Shown here: piece after piece, positions 1 through 8,432 of the stretch
Layout: every line of letters begins with the position of its first letter
Numbering within the stretch: the stretch's first letter is position 1
Source: Candidatus Nanohalobium sp.
GTDB taxonomy: Archaea > Nanohalarchaeota > Nanosalinia > Nanosalinales > Nanosalinaceae
Direction: 5' to 3'
Length of the DNA: 23,417 nucleotides
Assembly (NCBI GenBank): GCA_042217555.1
Contig: JBDGSL010000052.1
Span: forward strand, 1 to 23,417
Program-made: the position numbers and the translations under genes
Notes under the pieces: model-generated
What the model saw: only the letters and a program-made list of their open reading frames with translations
Told to the model about the DNA's origin: nothing
Databases searched by the model: none

Positions 1-1
1 G

Positions 2-274
2 ATAGATGTAGATGCCGCTGACTTCCTGAACTCTCAGGATGAGAAGACACAGTCTATCATCAAGGATAATCTTGGTAAGCTGAAGTACGAGCCTTATCCT
101 TTGCCCGAAGCACAGTCAGGTGACCGGGAAAAAGTAACGGTTAACGGTGAAGAAGTTTACAGGATGCATATCTCCAGAAGCTACACTGCCTTCTACATAG
201 TCAACGAGGAGGAAGAACAGGTAGTTGTTACAGATATCGTTGATATTGACACGGCACACAAGATGTACTATTAG
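2..274 (+). CDS. RelE/ParE-family type II toxin, 5'-partial (runs off the window start)
   Basis: Not in the ORF track. Frame 2 reads IDVDAADFLNSQDEKTQSIIKDNLGKLKYEPYPLPEAQSGDREKVTVNGEEVYRMHISRSYTAFYIVNEEEEQVVVTDIVDIDTAHKMYY* (TAG 272-274). The A-x-F-L helix, the YR-x-H-I-x-R-x-Y-TAFY strands and the terminal HK-x-Y match the haloarchaeal RelE/ParE pattern. Confidence 0.75.
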   Translation: MDVDAADFLNSQDEKTQSIIKDNLGKLKYEPYPLPEAQSGDREKVTVNGEEVYRMHISRSYTAFYIVNEEEEQVVVTDIVDIDTAHKMYY

Positions 275-436
275 GGATTTTTGCATAGACAAGCATCCGG
301 TTAATTTTCTAACCTTCAACAGTATATAGATATTTAAGACTTAATAGAAATCTTAGATGGGTTTAACAACTTAACAAATGAATTAAAACCAAGTAGAACG
401 TCTATGGCGTGTCTTCTGCACTACGGGTTTTTACTC

Positions 437-666
437 GGTTTTAAAGCATCTCTGGAGTATTCATGTGTCTGGCCGGAGAATGAGTAATACTTCACACATT
501 ACGCCACACATGCTGAACCCGGTTACTTCAGGAAGAAGTAGAACTTGAAGAAGTATCAAAGCTCATAGGATATGAACACGCCACAGTAACTAGTAAGGTT
601 TACAGCAAACTTCCCTGGCAACAAAACAAACTTTGTCAAAAAATTCAAATAAGAAGGAGAACTTAA
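437..666 (+). pseudogene. C-terminal remnant of a tyrosine recombinase/integrase (Xer/Int family)
   Basis: The frame from 484 reads VILHTLRHTC*TRLLQEEVELEEVSKLIGYEHATVTSKVYSKLPW, which is the HxLRH...LGH...T..Y box II. It has an in-frame TGA at 514-516, GH changed to GY (568-573) and the catalytic Tyr at 601-603. Adding one G near 484 joins it to the upstream GFKASLEYSCVWPENE frame. Confidence 0.75.
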
Positions 667-679
667 CTATAGAAGAAAA

Positions 680-907
680 ATGCAGATCTCAAAGAACTCG
701 TGTCGAAAAATCGCCTCAGTCGTCTTCCTCACCTCAACACTCCTTACCACATACTTCCTTAACAAACTCGAATTTTCCCAACTGCTTGCATTCACGGGAG
801 GAATATTCACAGGCTCTATAACGGCCGGTATCTGGCTCGAAACCAGCTACAGGTTCCTGGTGAAAGAGGCCACAGCACCACTGGATAAACTGGTGGATGA
901 AATCTGA
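680..907 (+). CDS. Small hypothetical membrane protein (about 2 TM helices)
   Basis: 75-aa ORF with ATG start, two hydrophobic stretches and an acidic tail; co-oriented with the next ORF. Confidence 0.55.
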   Translation: MQISKNSCRKIASVVFLTSTLLTTYFLNKLEFSQLLAFTGGIFTGSITAGIWLETSYRFLVKEATAPLDKLVDEI

Positions 908-948
908 ATCCCGAGAAAACTTAACAATAACATTCAAAACCCTGGCAC

Positions 949-1371
949 GTGAGTCTAGTAGATCTTCCAGGATACGCTGAAGCTCTCAGCGGCGATTTCA
1001 AGCCTCTTGAAGAGGCAGACAACGGAATGGGAGACACTGTCGGCCTTGTTGAAGACTATCTTGAATCCGAACTGGAGGAAAGAGCCAGAGAAATGGGCCT
1101 TGAACCCGGCTACACCGACGAAGACTTTGAGATACTTGTGGACACTGAAGAAGAACTAACAGTAATGTACGGAGAGTTCTACAGGGAGAGCAACATACCA
1201 CTGATAGGAGGAGACATCTGGAAATGCCAAAAAACAAATAGCTCAAACCACCGCGGAGCCACCTCAGGAAAAAGAGAGTTCAGAGTACCAAACAACGGAG
1301 GCCACCTACACATAGACGAAGCCAACCTCAGAGCATACAACAACTTCCTACAAGACAGAAAAACAAGATGA
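949..1371 (+). CDS. Hypothetical protein with acidic N-terminal and basic C-terminal halves
   Basis: 140-aa ORF with GTG start and halophile-like D/E-rich composition; no family recognised. Confidence 0.65.
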   Translation: MSLVDLPGYAEALSGDFKPLEEADNGMGDTVGLVEDYLESELEERAREMGLEPGYTDEDFEILVDTEEELTVMYGEFYRESNIPLIGGDIWKCQKTNSSNHRGATSGKREFRVPNNGGHLHIDEANLRAYNNFLQDRKTR

Positions 1372-1538
1372 AAAACACCGTGCAAACTTGAACTCCTCAA
1401 AGGAAGGGAGGGGTTAAAACTCAATTTCTTCTAGCAGAACACCGAGATACCCTTCCAGAATATTTCAGGCGTCAAGATATCCATAACCAGCGCTCAAAAT
1501 ATATTTTTGTACAGGGAGTTTATTTACAGCAACCAAGT

Positions 1539-1637
1539 TTACTCTAGCTTCTTCAGAAGCTCTTCATACTTCTCAAGCTGCTTCTTATTATGCTCATGCC
1601 ATTCGGCTTTCTCATCTTCAAGGGAGCTTCTCTTCAT
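1539..1637 (-). CDS. Putative 32-aa charged helical micro-protein
   Basis: MKRSSLEDEKAEWHEHNKKQLEKYEELLKKLE*. It is preceded on the minus strand by GGTGAT (SD-like; also an in-frame GTG at 1646) and a TTATATTA TATA-like box at about 1656-1663. Below the ORF-track cutoff. Confidence 0.5.
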   Translation of the reverse strand: MKRSSLEDEKAEWHEHNKKQLEKYEELLKKLE

Positions 1638-1736
1638 TGATATCACCGGTCTTCTATAATATAAGGTTAGTTTGATTTAGAAAACTTTCTAATAATTATG
1701 TGAACAAATTAAAAAATCCAAGGATAAGTCCATCCT

Positions 1737-2882
1737 ATGAGCAAAAAGATTGAAAATCTTGATATAAAGAACTTTAAGGCATTTACAGATATCGAGATAA
1801 AGCCAAAGAAACTTAATATTATCACTGGCTGTAATAACACTGGTAAAAGCTCTATTATAGAATCTGTGGATATAGCTAATAATCCAAGCAATATAGAATC
1901 ATTCTCAAATCATGGTATCAGAGATTTGATAAATCTAGATGCTGAACAGTCTGAAATTACTCTAAATAAGGAAAAGACAGTAAGAATCAGGCCTCCCAGA
2001 GATTTCAAAGAAATAAGCAGTTCTGTAGGCGCTAAGTTCCTCAAAGATTACGATAGAATAAGCGAAAAATTTTCAGACCAGGATTCTGAAGAAGTAACTG
2101 AGGAAGATATCTCTGCTATCATTGAGCAGTCTAAGGATCTTTCAGAAAAACTTACTCAAAAAGCTACTGTAATAGAACAAGAAGAAGACAAGCAAGTATT
2201 TTTCGACAATATTGGAGCCAATATTAGAACAGATATTATTGCAGGTATTATTGAGAACCTGCATCCTGAGGAGTCTGAAGAGTCTATTGATAACGTAGAA
2301 AGGCTGGTTTATCCAGGTATGTGGCACCACAGAGAGAATAGTATCCTAGATGAGTATAGAATAGGAGGACATCACCTTGAACAGGATGATGCTGTAATCC
2401 AGGAAAAGATAGAGAAGTTTGTAGAGGAGCATAATCTTATAGATAATTTCTCAGGCTTCAGAGAAGGAGAAATAGTCCTAGAAAGGGAAGATGGGGAACT
2501 AAGCTCTCTACCACTGGCCTATATGGGAGACGGCTTCAGAGCAATTATAGGCCTAGTCAGAAAAATAATTGTTTCAGACTATAATACGGTGCTTGTTGAA
2601 GAACCAGAAAACCATCTACATCCTGGTTATGTATCAGAGCTAGTAGACTTCATAGTAGAACAGACAAAGGAATCTGAACTACAATTCTTCATAACTACGC
2701 ATAACGCAGACTTCATCGAAGAATTCTACTCAACGCGATTTAAAGAAGATGAAGCACTTCATAGCGAGTTTAAGCTTTTTAGACTACAAAGAAGAGGTTT
2801 TATAGAATCTATGAGTTATGAGGAATCAAGAAAAGAACTCGAAGACCTAAAAATGGATCTAAGAGGAAACAAACAAAGGTAG
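1737..2882 (+). CDS. ABC-type/AAA ATPase (AAA_15/AAA_21, OLD/AriA-like)
   Basis: N-terminal IxNFKAF, Walker A GCNNTGKSS, signature-like MGDGFR, Walker B/D-loop VLVEEPENHLHP, H-loop FITTHN and C-terminal DLRG. Confidence 0.9.
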   Translation: MSKKIENLDIKNFKAFTDIEIKPKKLNIITGCNNTGKSSIIESVDIANNPSNIESFSNHGIRDLINLDAEQSEITLNKEKTVRIRPPRDFKEISSSVGAKFLKDYDRISEKFSDQDSEEVTEEDISAIIEQSKDLSEKLTQKATVIEQEEDKQVFFDNIGANIRTDIIAGIIENLHPEESEESIDNVERLVYPGMWHHRENSILDEYRIGGHHLEQDDAVIQEKIEKFVEEHNLIDNFSGFREGEIVLEREDGELSSLPLAYMGDGFRAIIGLVRKIIVSDYNTVLVEEPENHLHPGYVSELVDFIVEQTKESELQFFITTHNADFIEEFYSTRFKEDEALHSEFKLFRLQRRGFIESMSYEESRKELEDLKMDLRGNKQR

Positions 2883-2889
2883 GAAATAA

Positions 2890-3477
2890 ATGTGCCTGAT
2901 AATCTGTGAAGGAAAATACGACACACTTTTTCTACAGGAGGTCATAGAGAACAGTTCAGAGTTAAAAACAGACAGATACACAGGCAAGGAAGAAGATAAA
3001 TTATATCAGCAACAGGACTACATGGAAAGCTTCGAATATAGGCCTGAGAACGTACTAATTAAAGGAGAATCGGGCAAAGACTACCAACTACAGATTTACA
3101 AAAACCAGTTGCTGGGCTTTGACAGAAAATACAAAAATCACTTCCTGCTCTGGGACCTAGATGGTGCAAAACCAGAACATAAATTCGAAAAATACAAGAA
3201 TCATCTAAAACAGCGTTTTCAGGCCCATACAGTAAAATTCGAAATGAATATAACTGGAGAAAACCAAGTATTCTACTCAATAAAACTAACCGGCAAAATA
3301 GGAAATCATCAATTTATAACACCAATAATAGCATTTAAAACTAATTTAGAGGAAGAAGCAAATATTAATAGACAAAAACACAACGAAAAACAAAAAACTG
3401 AGAAAACTAAGAGATTAGCTAGTAAAGAATCTGTTTTAAACTTTATAAAATCTAATTTAGTGCAAAAAATAATTTAA
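2890..3477 (+). CDS. TOPRIM-fold putative nuclease (DUF3226/DUF4435-like) coupled to the ATPase
   Basis: Starts 7 bp after the ATPase stop. It has the N-terminal hhhhEGxxD motif (LIICEGKYD), a glycine loop (GESGK) and a DxD motif (LLWDLDG), which are TOPRIM hallmarks. Confidence 0.7.
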   Translation: MCLIICEGKYDTLFLQEVIENSSELKTDRYTGKEEDKLYQQQDYMESFEYRPENVLIKGESGKDYQLQIYKNQLLGFDRKYKNHFLLWDLDGAKPEHKFEKYKNHLKQRFQAHTVKFEMNITGENQVFYSIKLTGKIGNHQFITPIIAFKTNLEEEANINRQKHNEKQKTEKTKRLASKESVLNFIKSNLVQKII

Positions 3478-3479
3478 AA

Positions 3480-6400
3480 CTAATTTTTGACCTCCTCAAA
3501 CTTCTCTAAAATCCTCTCCTTCTCTTTATCTCCAGTATCCAGCGAATCCAAGACAGTCTCAACCTCTTCCTCAGTTAAGTCATACAGATCGAAGACAATC
3601 GCATCAATCTCGTTCTCCAGTTCGTCTATTTCCTGCATTAGAGGCCTCAAAGTATCCATGGAGCTCTCCCATTCCTCTTTCATCAACTCCCTGAACTCAC
3701 GGGACTTAACACTTCCATCAATCTGAGACTTATTCTTCTTCGCAACCCGCATAAACTCATCAAAATCATACTCCCAATACTCACGCAAATGAGTCTTCAA
3801 AGACAAATCATCAACATCAACACCCCACTCAGCCTCAACCCACTCCAAGAAACTATTCTTCTCATCTAAGAAGGCCTCTTTACTCTCATAGGTTTCTTTC
3901 GTTTTCTCTCTTAGTTTTTCGCTTGATTTCTCTGGGACTGGGAGGGCTTCGAGAGTTGATTGATTCAGTTGTGGGAAGACATCTCTATAACCGCCTTCAG
4001 TTAAGTCGTGATAGAACTCTATCAGCGAAGAATTCGTTACACCCATCAAATTGAATGGCCTATCAGTAATACAGTTGTAAACAGATTTTATCGAATAAAC
4101 GCCTTCTTCATCAAAAGCACCTCTGATTTCTCCGCCTGTCTGCCGGTAAACAAGTTTCTCTTCTTGATAGTATCGCTCTTCCTTTTCTATTTCATCAGGA
4201 TCAATGAAGAGATAATTATTAGGATCTACAGAATATCTTTGAATCGCTGTTCCTGAAATTATTGGTTCTCCTTCACCAGTAATTTTGTCGCTTCTCTTTC
4301 CAATTTCCTCCCCTCTTTTCACATCAGCGAAAGTTTCAAATTGGGCATCTACGCCTTCTACTTTCTTTATAACCTCTATTTTTGCATCAGATAGTTTCAG
4401 GTCAAACCTGTAGTTATCGTTTTGCAAGAAGTATTCCTGAGAAATCTCATTTCTCTCACCTTCCAGTTCATCGTTTTTTCGAAGGAAGCAGGAAATTTGA
4501 TGATTTTCATCTATATCTTGGGATTTGGATGCTACAAAAATCGAGTTGCCCGACTCAACCCCCTCAAATACTTGTTTAGCCCACAATAGCTTGTCAATCT
4601 TCGTATTTTCAAGCAAGTATTTTCTCATTACTGAAATCTGCTCTCGGGATAGCAGAGAATCCGGTACAATGTACGACATTTTTCCTTCGAAATCCGTCAG
4701 CTCTATGGCTCGCTCTGAGAATATTGTGTAGAGATCAAACTGATCTTTTGCAACTTCGAAATTGTCTCTAAGATAAGGCCTGACTGAGTCGTGGATATTT
4801 GCGCTGATATCACTTCTTCCCGCTGAGGCCACATATGGAGGGTTTCCTATTACTGCGTCGAAGCCTTGTGTTTGGCCGAAGAATACTTTGGGGAATTCTA
4901 GTTGCCAGTGGAAGTAGTTGCGGTTTTCTGCGTCTTGTTGGGCGTTTTTGTACCATTTTGTGTTTTCGAATGGGTTGCCGGGGTTTCCGATGTTGATTAG
5001 GAAGCTTTCGTAGTCTGAGCTGTTGGCTTCTTTTTCGAAGTATTGGCGTGTGTGGATGTTGGCGAGTTGTTGGAACTGTTGGTAGAGTACGTTGTTGGAG
5101 ATGAACTGTTTGTATGCCTGTTCTTTTTCGTGGATTTGTTTGACTGTGTTTTCCGGCATTTGTTCGATTTCCAGGTACTGTCTCTGGAAGTTGTCTCTGG
5201 CTTCTTCCGGGCTGAAGTTGAAGTCTTCGCTATCCAGTCTTTTCTGTTTCTCTGTCGGATGTGAAAAGATTTCGTTGAAGTCTGAGCCGATTAATGAGTT
5301 TCCGTGTTTGAGGTGGTGGTCGAGGAAGTTCAAGGGTTTTCCTTCGGCCATTGTTTCGATCCAGAGACTTAGTTTTCCGAGTTCTACTGCTAGTGGGTTG
5401 ATGTCGACTCCGTAGATGCAGTTCTGTACTACCTGTCTTTTCGCCCAGTTTAGTTCGTCTTCGTTTTGGTCTATATCCTGGTTTTTCAGGTCTGCGTGTT
5501 CTACTATGTGTTCTGCGATGAACTCTGTTGCTTCGGTGAGGAAGTGGCCTGACCCCATTGCTGGGTCAACAACGTTCAGCTCCAGTACTTTTGGCAGGAT
5601 TTTTTCGTCGTTTTCTTCTGCTTCGGAAATTTTTTCTTCTACTTTTGGTCCTACCGTGTTTTTGACTATGTATTCTACGATGTATTCTGGCGTGTAGTAG
5701 CTTCCTGTGGCTTTTCTTTCCCCTGATTCGTTTGTAAGGTAGAGTTCTCCTTCTTCTACTCTTTTGTCTTCGTCAACTTCTTCCCAGTCATCTTCTTTTG
5801 AGAAGTCTTTCCATTCTCCGTTTTCAAGAATTTTTCTCTGGTCTGCTGCTTTGAATTCGTGTTCGAGGAGGCCTTCGTAGACGCTTCCGAGGTGTCTGAT
5901 GTTCAAATCCTTGTAGTCGACGAGTACTTTTTCGTCTTCGACTTTTGTCGTGGCGAGTAGATCCAGGATTTCTTTGAGGTGGTCTCCCTGTAGCTGTTTT
6001 TCTGCGAGGAACTTGTTTTCTTCTGTTTCTTCGTCGTCGAAGAGTCCTCCGTTGTATGCCGGTATTTCGAAGTCCCCGTAGTCTCTTCCGTTGTTGATGG
6101 CTTCGAAGAGGTTGGAGATTCTTTCCTGCCAGAGCCATGTGTTTTCTGGGAAAGTGTTGCTTTCCTCATCTGAGAGGAGCTGTTCTTTCAGAAATTCGAA
6201 GCTCAGTTGATCCTGATAGATATCATTTTCTACAGGTAGTAGATCTCGGCTTTCGGCGTTCAGTATGAAGAGCACTCTGTAGAGGAAAATTAGGGATGCA
6301 TGGTGAACGAGGTCAATGTTTTCCTCTGTTTTCTCAATATCATTCGTTTCGAAGAATCCTTCCACAGCTACTTCAAGTGCATCATAGACTTTATCCTCAA

Positions 6401-7106
6401 GATCGTCCTCAAGTCCTTCTGCATATTTGACTGATTCCTGGTACACTTCTGCCAGGAAGTCGCCTTCAAAGCTTTTCGCCCTGAAGAACAGGTAGAAGTA
6501 CTTAAAAGCCTCTAATTTTTCTTCTGTTTTTTCTCCGGCCAGTAGGTTTTCAAGATCTATTTCGAAGTAGATGTCTGCTGCACAGTCCTCATAGCTATAA
6601 AGCCTCCACTTCTTCCCGTTTGTCAGGATTCCCCAGTCGGCTCGAAGCCGGTCGACGTAGTTGTAGATTTGGAATGCAGGGTTGGTGTGGTCTTGGGAGG
6701 ATTTGTCAAGCTTTAGACCCCAGCTTTTGGCGTCTCCTACGGCGTATTCTACGTCCAGTGCTTCTTCTTCGCCTCTGTGAACTTTGGGTGTTTCGCCTGG
6801 ACTCATGAAGGCGTAATCCGGGTTCAGTGTCTTTCCATCTTTACGGGATCCAACTCTCTTGCTTGCTTCTGTAACCCAGGCGTGGCCCAGCTTCCTTAGT
6901 ATCGGGTCAATGAAGTTTTCCTGGGTCTGATCCTCGTTCAGGTTCTCGGAAAGAATCTCTTTCTTCTCTTGGTAGAACTCTCTCAGCTCGTCGAACTTTT
7001 CCTCGAAATCGACCTCGTTCCATTCTTCTCTGTCCTGAATTCTTTCTTCTAGGAAGTGGTTTGAGAAAAGATTGTTGCTGTAGTTGCTGACAGTTATCTG
7101 AGCCAC
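3480..7106 (-). CDS. Fused type IIG/IIL restriction-modification enzyme (endonuclease + N6-adenine MTase + target-recognition domain; Eco57I/TaqI-C-like)
   Basis: 1208 aa. N-terminal PD-(D/E)xK nuclease (NPDYAF...GDAKSW, Q..Y, WGILTNGKKWRLY), YNGGLF, LGSVYEGLL, RKATGSYYTP, motif I DPAMGSGHFL, IYGVDINPLAVEL, FHWQLEFP, motif IV GFDAVIGNPPY, then a TRD and a C-terminal helical region (IDAIVFDLYDLT). Confidence 0.93.
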   Translation of the reverse strand: MAQITVSNYSNNLFSNHFLEERIQDREEWNEVDFEEKFDELREFYQEKKEILSENLNEDQTQENFIDPILRKLGHAWVTEASKRVGSRKDGKTLNPDYAFMSPGETPKVHRGEEEALDVEYAVGDAKSWGLKLDKSSQDHTNPAFQIYNYVDRLRADWGILTNGKKWRLYSYEDCAADIYFEIDLENLLAGEKTEEKLEAFKYFYLFFRAKSFEGDFLAEVYQESVKYAEGLEDDLEDKVYDALEVAVEGFFETNDIEKTEENIDLVHHASLIFLYRVLFILNAESRDLLPVENDIYQDQLSFEFLKEQLLSDEESNTFPENTWLWQERISNLFEAINNGRDYGDFEIPAYNGGLFDDEETEENKFLAEKQLQGDHLKEILDLLATTKVEDEKVLVDYKDLNIRHLGSVYEGLLEHEFKAADQRKILENGEWKDFSKEDDWEEVDEDKRVEEGELYLTNESGERKATGSYYTPEYIVEYIVKNTVGPKVEEKISEAEENDEKILPKVLELNVVDPAMGSGHFLTEATEFIAEHIVEHADLKNQDIDQNEDELNWAKRQVVQNCIYGVDINPLAVELGKLSLWIETMAEGKPLNFLDHHLKHGNSLIGSDFNEIFSHPTEKQKRLDSEDFNFSPEEARDNFQRQYLEIEQMPENTVKQIHEKEQAYKQFISNNVLYQQFQQLANIHTRQYFEKEANSSDYESFLINIGNPGNPFENTKWYKNAQQDAENRNYFHWQLEFPKVFFGQTQGFDAVIGNPPYVASAGRSDISANIHDSVRPYLRDNFEVAKDQFDLYTIFSERAIELTDFEGKMSYIVPDSLLSREQISVMRKYLLENTKIDKLLWAKQVFEGVESGNSIFVASKSQDIDENHQISCFLRKNDELEGERNEISQEYFLQNDNYRFDLKLSDAKIEVIKKVEGVDAQFETFADVKRGEEIGKRSDKITGEGEPIISGTAIQRYSVDPNNYLFIDPDEIEKEERYYQEEKLVYRQTGGEIRGAFDEEGVYSIKSVYNCITDRPFNLMGVTNSSLIEFYHDLTEGGYRDVFPQLNQSTLEALPVPEKSSEKLREKTKETYESKEAFLDEKNSFLEWVEAEWGVDVDDLSLKTHLREYWEYDFDEFMRVAKKNKSQIDGSVKSREFRELMKEEWESSMDTLRPLMQEIDELENEIDAIVFDLYDLTEEEVETVLDSLDTGDKEKERILEKFEEVKN

Positions 7107-7295
7107 GAGAGCACCTAACCAAATCTTTGGCTGGGAAGTTTTTTAGTAACTCCGTTAAGTTAGGAGAGGGAGGGAGTTTTTTGTGTTGTCGTGGTTGGTT
7201 ATGTATAGTTCTTGGCCTGTAGCCATCTTTGAATATCGGGTTGTGTCAGTAGTACTGTGTACTGACATGGAAAGCTGGTGGCGTGTTCTGGTTTT

Positions 7296-8309
7296 TTATC
7301 CTATGAAGGGGATTTTTCTTCTGTCGTATTGTGGGTCTATGTCTATGTCTGGGATTTCTTCGGGGCGGTTGCCCTGGTGTTCTCCGAGGTCGGTGACTCC
7401 GACGGTGTCTTCTTCAGGGTCGTAGAACATGTTTTTTGTTCCTTCACGTTCTGAGCCTAAGTTCATCCAGTAGTCGGCTTTTACGCCTTCGAATACGTCT
7501 TCCTTTATCAGTGCATCCATGTACATTCCTAGGACTTTTTCCCTGTGTTTTATCTCTTCGTAGTTTTCAAGTTTTTCTTTCTCGTTTTCTTCTTCCAGCA
7601 TGTTGTCGTTGTATTCCCCTACAAGTACTGGTAGTGGTTCTTGCTCTCTTGCTCCTTTTCTGCTGGTTATGACGGTATCGTACTCTTCTGACGGGGTCTT
7701 GATCCCTCCGTTTACTATTTTTCTAAGTGATTCTTCGTTTTCTCTGAGGAAGCCGTAGTCTACCTTGATCTCTGCGTTATCTGTGAAAGCTTTTTCTCTG
7801 TCCTTCTTTGAGAGTATCTGGTCAAGATACTTATCTGCTTCGTCCAGTGTTTCCTTATTCTCCTTCCAGGTTCTGACATGTTCAAGAGACTCCTGGAACG
7901 TACCTGCTCTCCTGGGAGCCTGGATAAAAACCTTCTGATTTTCATCTATGTAGCCCTGTTTAAAGGTTCCTGAAATATCCCGGGTTGTTCTGAAGCGGTC
8001 TTCAAAACCTTTGATCTCTCCATAAGCTACTTTTTCAACCCAGTCCTCTGGATCACCTGCCTTTATCTCTTCATCAGCAAATACAGCAAGAGTATATTCG
8101 TTGATTTCACCTTTGGAGTTCTTTACTTCTTTTTTCTGCTCAGGGCTTAGGCTTTCGACATCCTCGAAATCTACAGCAAGTCCCAGAGGATCTGAAAAAT
8201 GGACAAACTTCTTTTCACTCTGAAGACTTGAAGGTATAGCCTGAGATATACTGTCCCTTATCCTCTTAGAAATTCTCGTGCCGAAACTCTTTCCCTCACC
8301 AACACCCAT
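7296..8309 (-). CDS. Hypothetical protein, possibly a divergent kinase-like fold
   Basis: 337-aa acidic ORF. The C-terminal D...N-M-F-Y...VGVTDLG weakly resembles the catalytic-loop Asn and DFG motif of protein-kinase-like enzymes. Confidence 0.7.
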   Translation of the reverse strand: MGVGEGKSFGTRISKRIRDSISQAIPSSLQSEKKFVHFSDPLGLAVDFEDVESLSPEQKKEVKNSKGEINEYTLAVFADEEIKAGDPEDWVEKVAYGEIKGFEDRFRTTRDISGTFKQGYIDENQKVFIQAPRRAGTFQESLEHVRTWKENKETLDEADKYLDQILSKKDREKAFTDNAEIKVDYGFLRENEESLRKIVNGGIKTPSEEYDTVITSRKGAREQEPLPVLVGEYNDNMLEEENEKEKLENYEEIKHREKVLGMYMDALIKEDVFEGVKADYWMNLGSEREGTKNMFYDPEEDTVGVTDLGEHQGNRPEEIPDIDIDPQYDRRKIPFIG

Positions 8310-8432
8310 GTTGTTATTATATGGTCGTAACTATTTAAGTTTTTTGGTTTTATGTCCGGTGGTTTTGGTGCAGAGAGGAGGGAGTGTTTTTTCTGTTTTG
8401 TTAAGTTTTGGTTTTTTATCTGTGTTTTGTTT

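Noticed and set aside
1415..1497. Minus-strand frame LSAGYGYLDA*NILEGYLGVLLEEIEF* that looks protein-like
   Set aside because: It is too short, has an internal stop and cannot be assigned to a family with any confidence.
3480..7106. BREX PglX or DISARM methylase assignment
   Set aside because: No pglZ, brxC, brxL or drm genes are adjacent, and an N-terminal PD-(D/E)xK nuclease is present, so a stand-alone type IIG enzyme fits better.
8352..8432. 27-aa Phe/Cys-rich N-terminal extension of ThiI
   Set aside because: It is T-rich promoter/intergenic DNA; family homology starts at ATG 8433.
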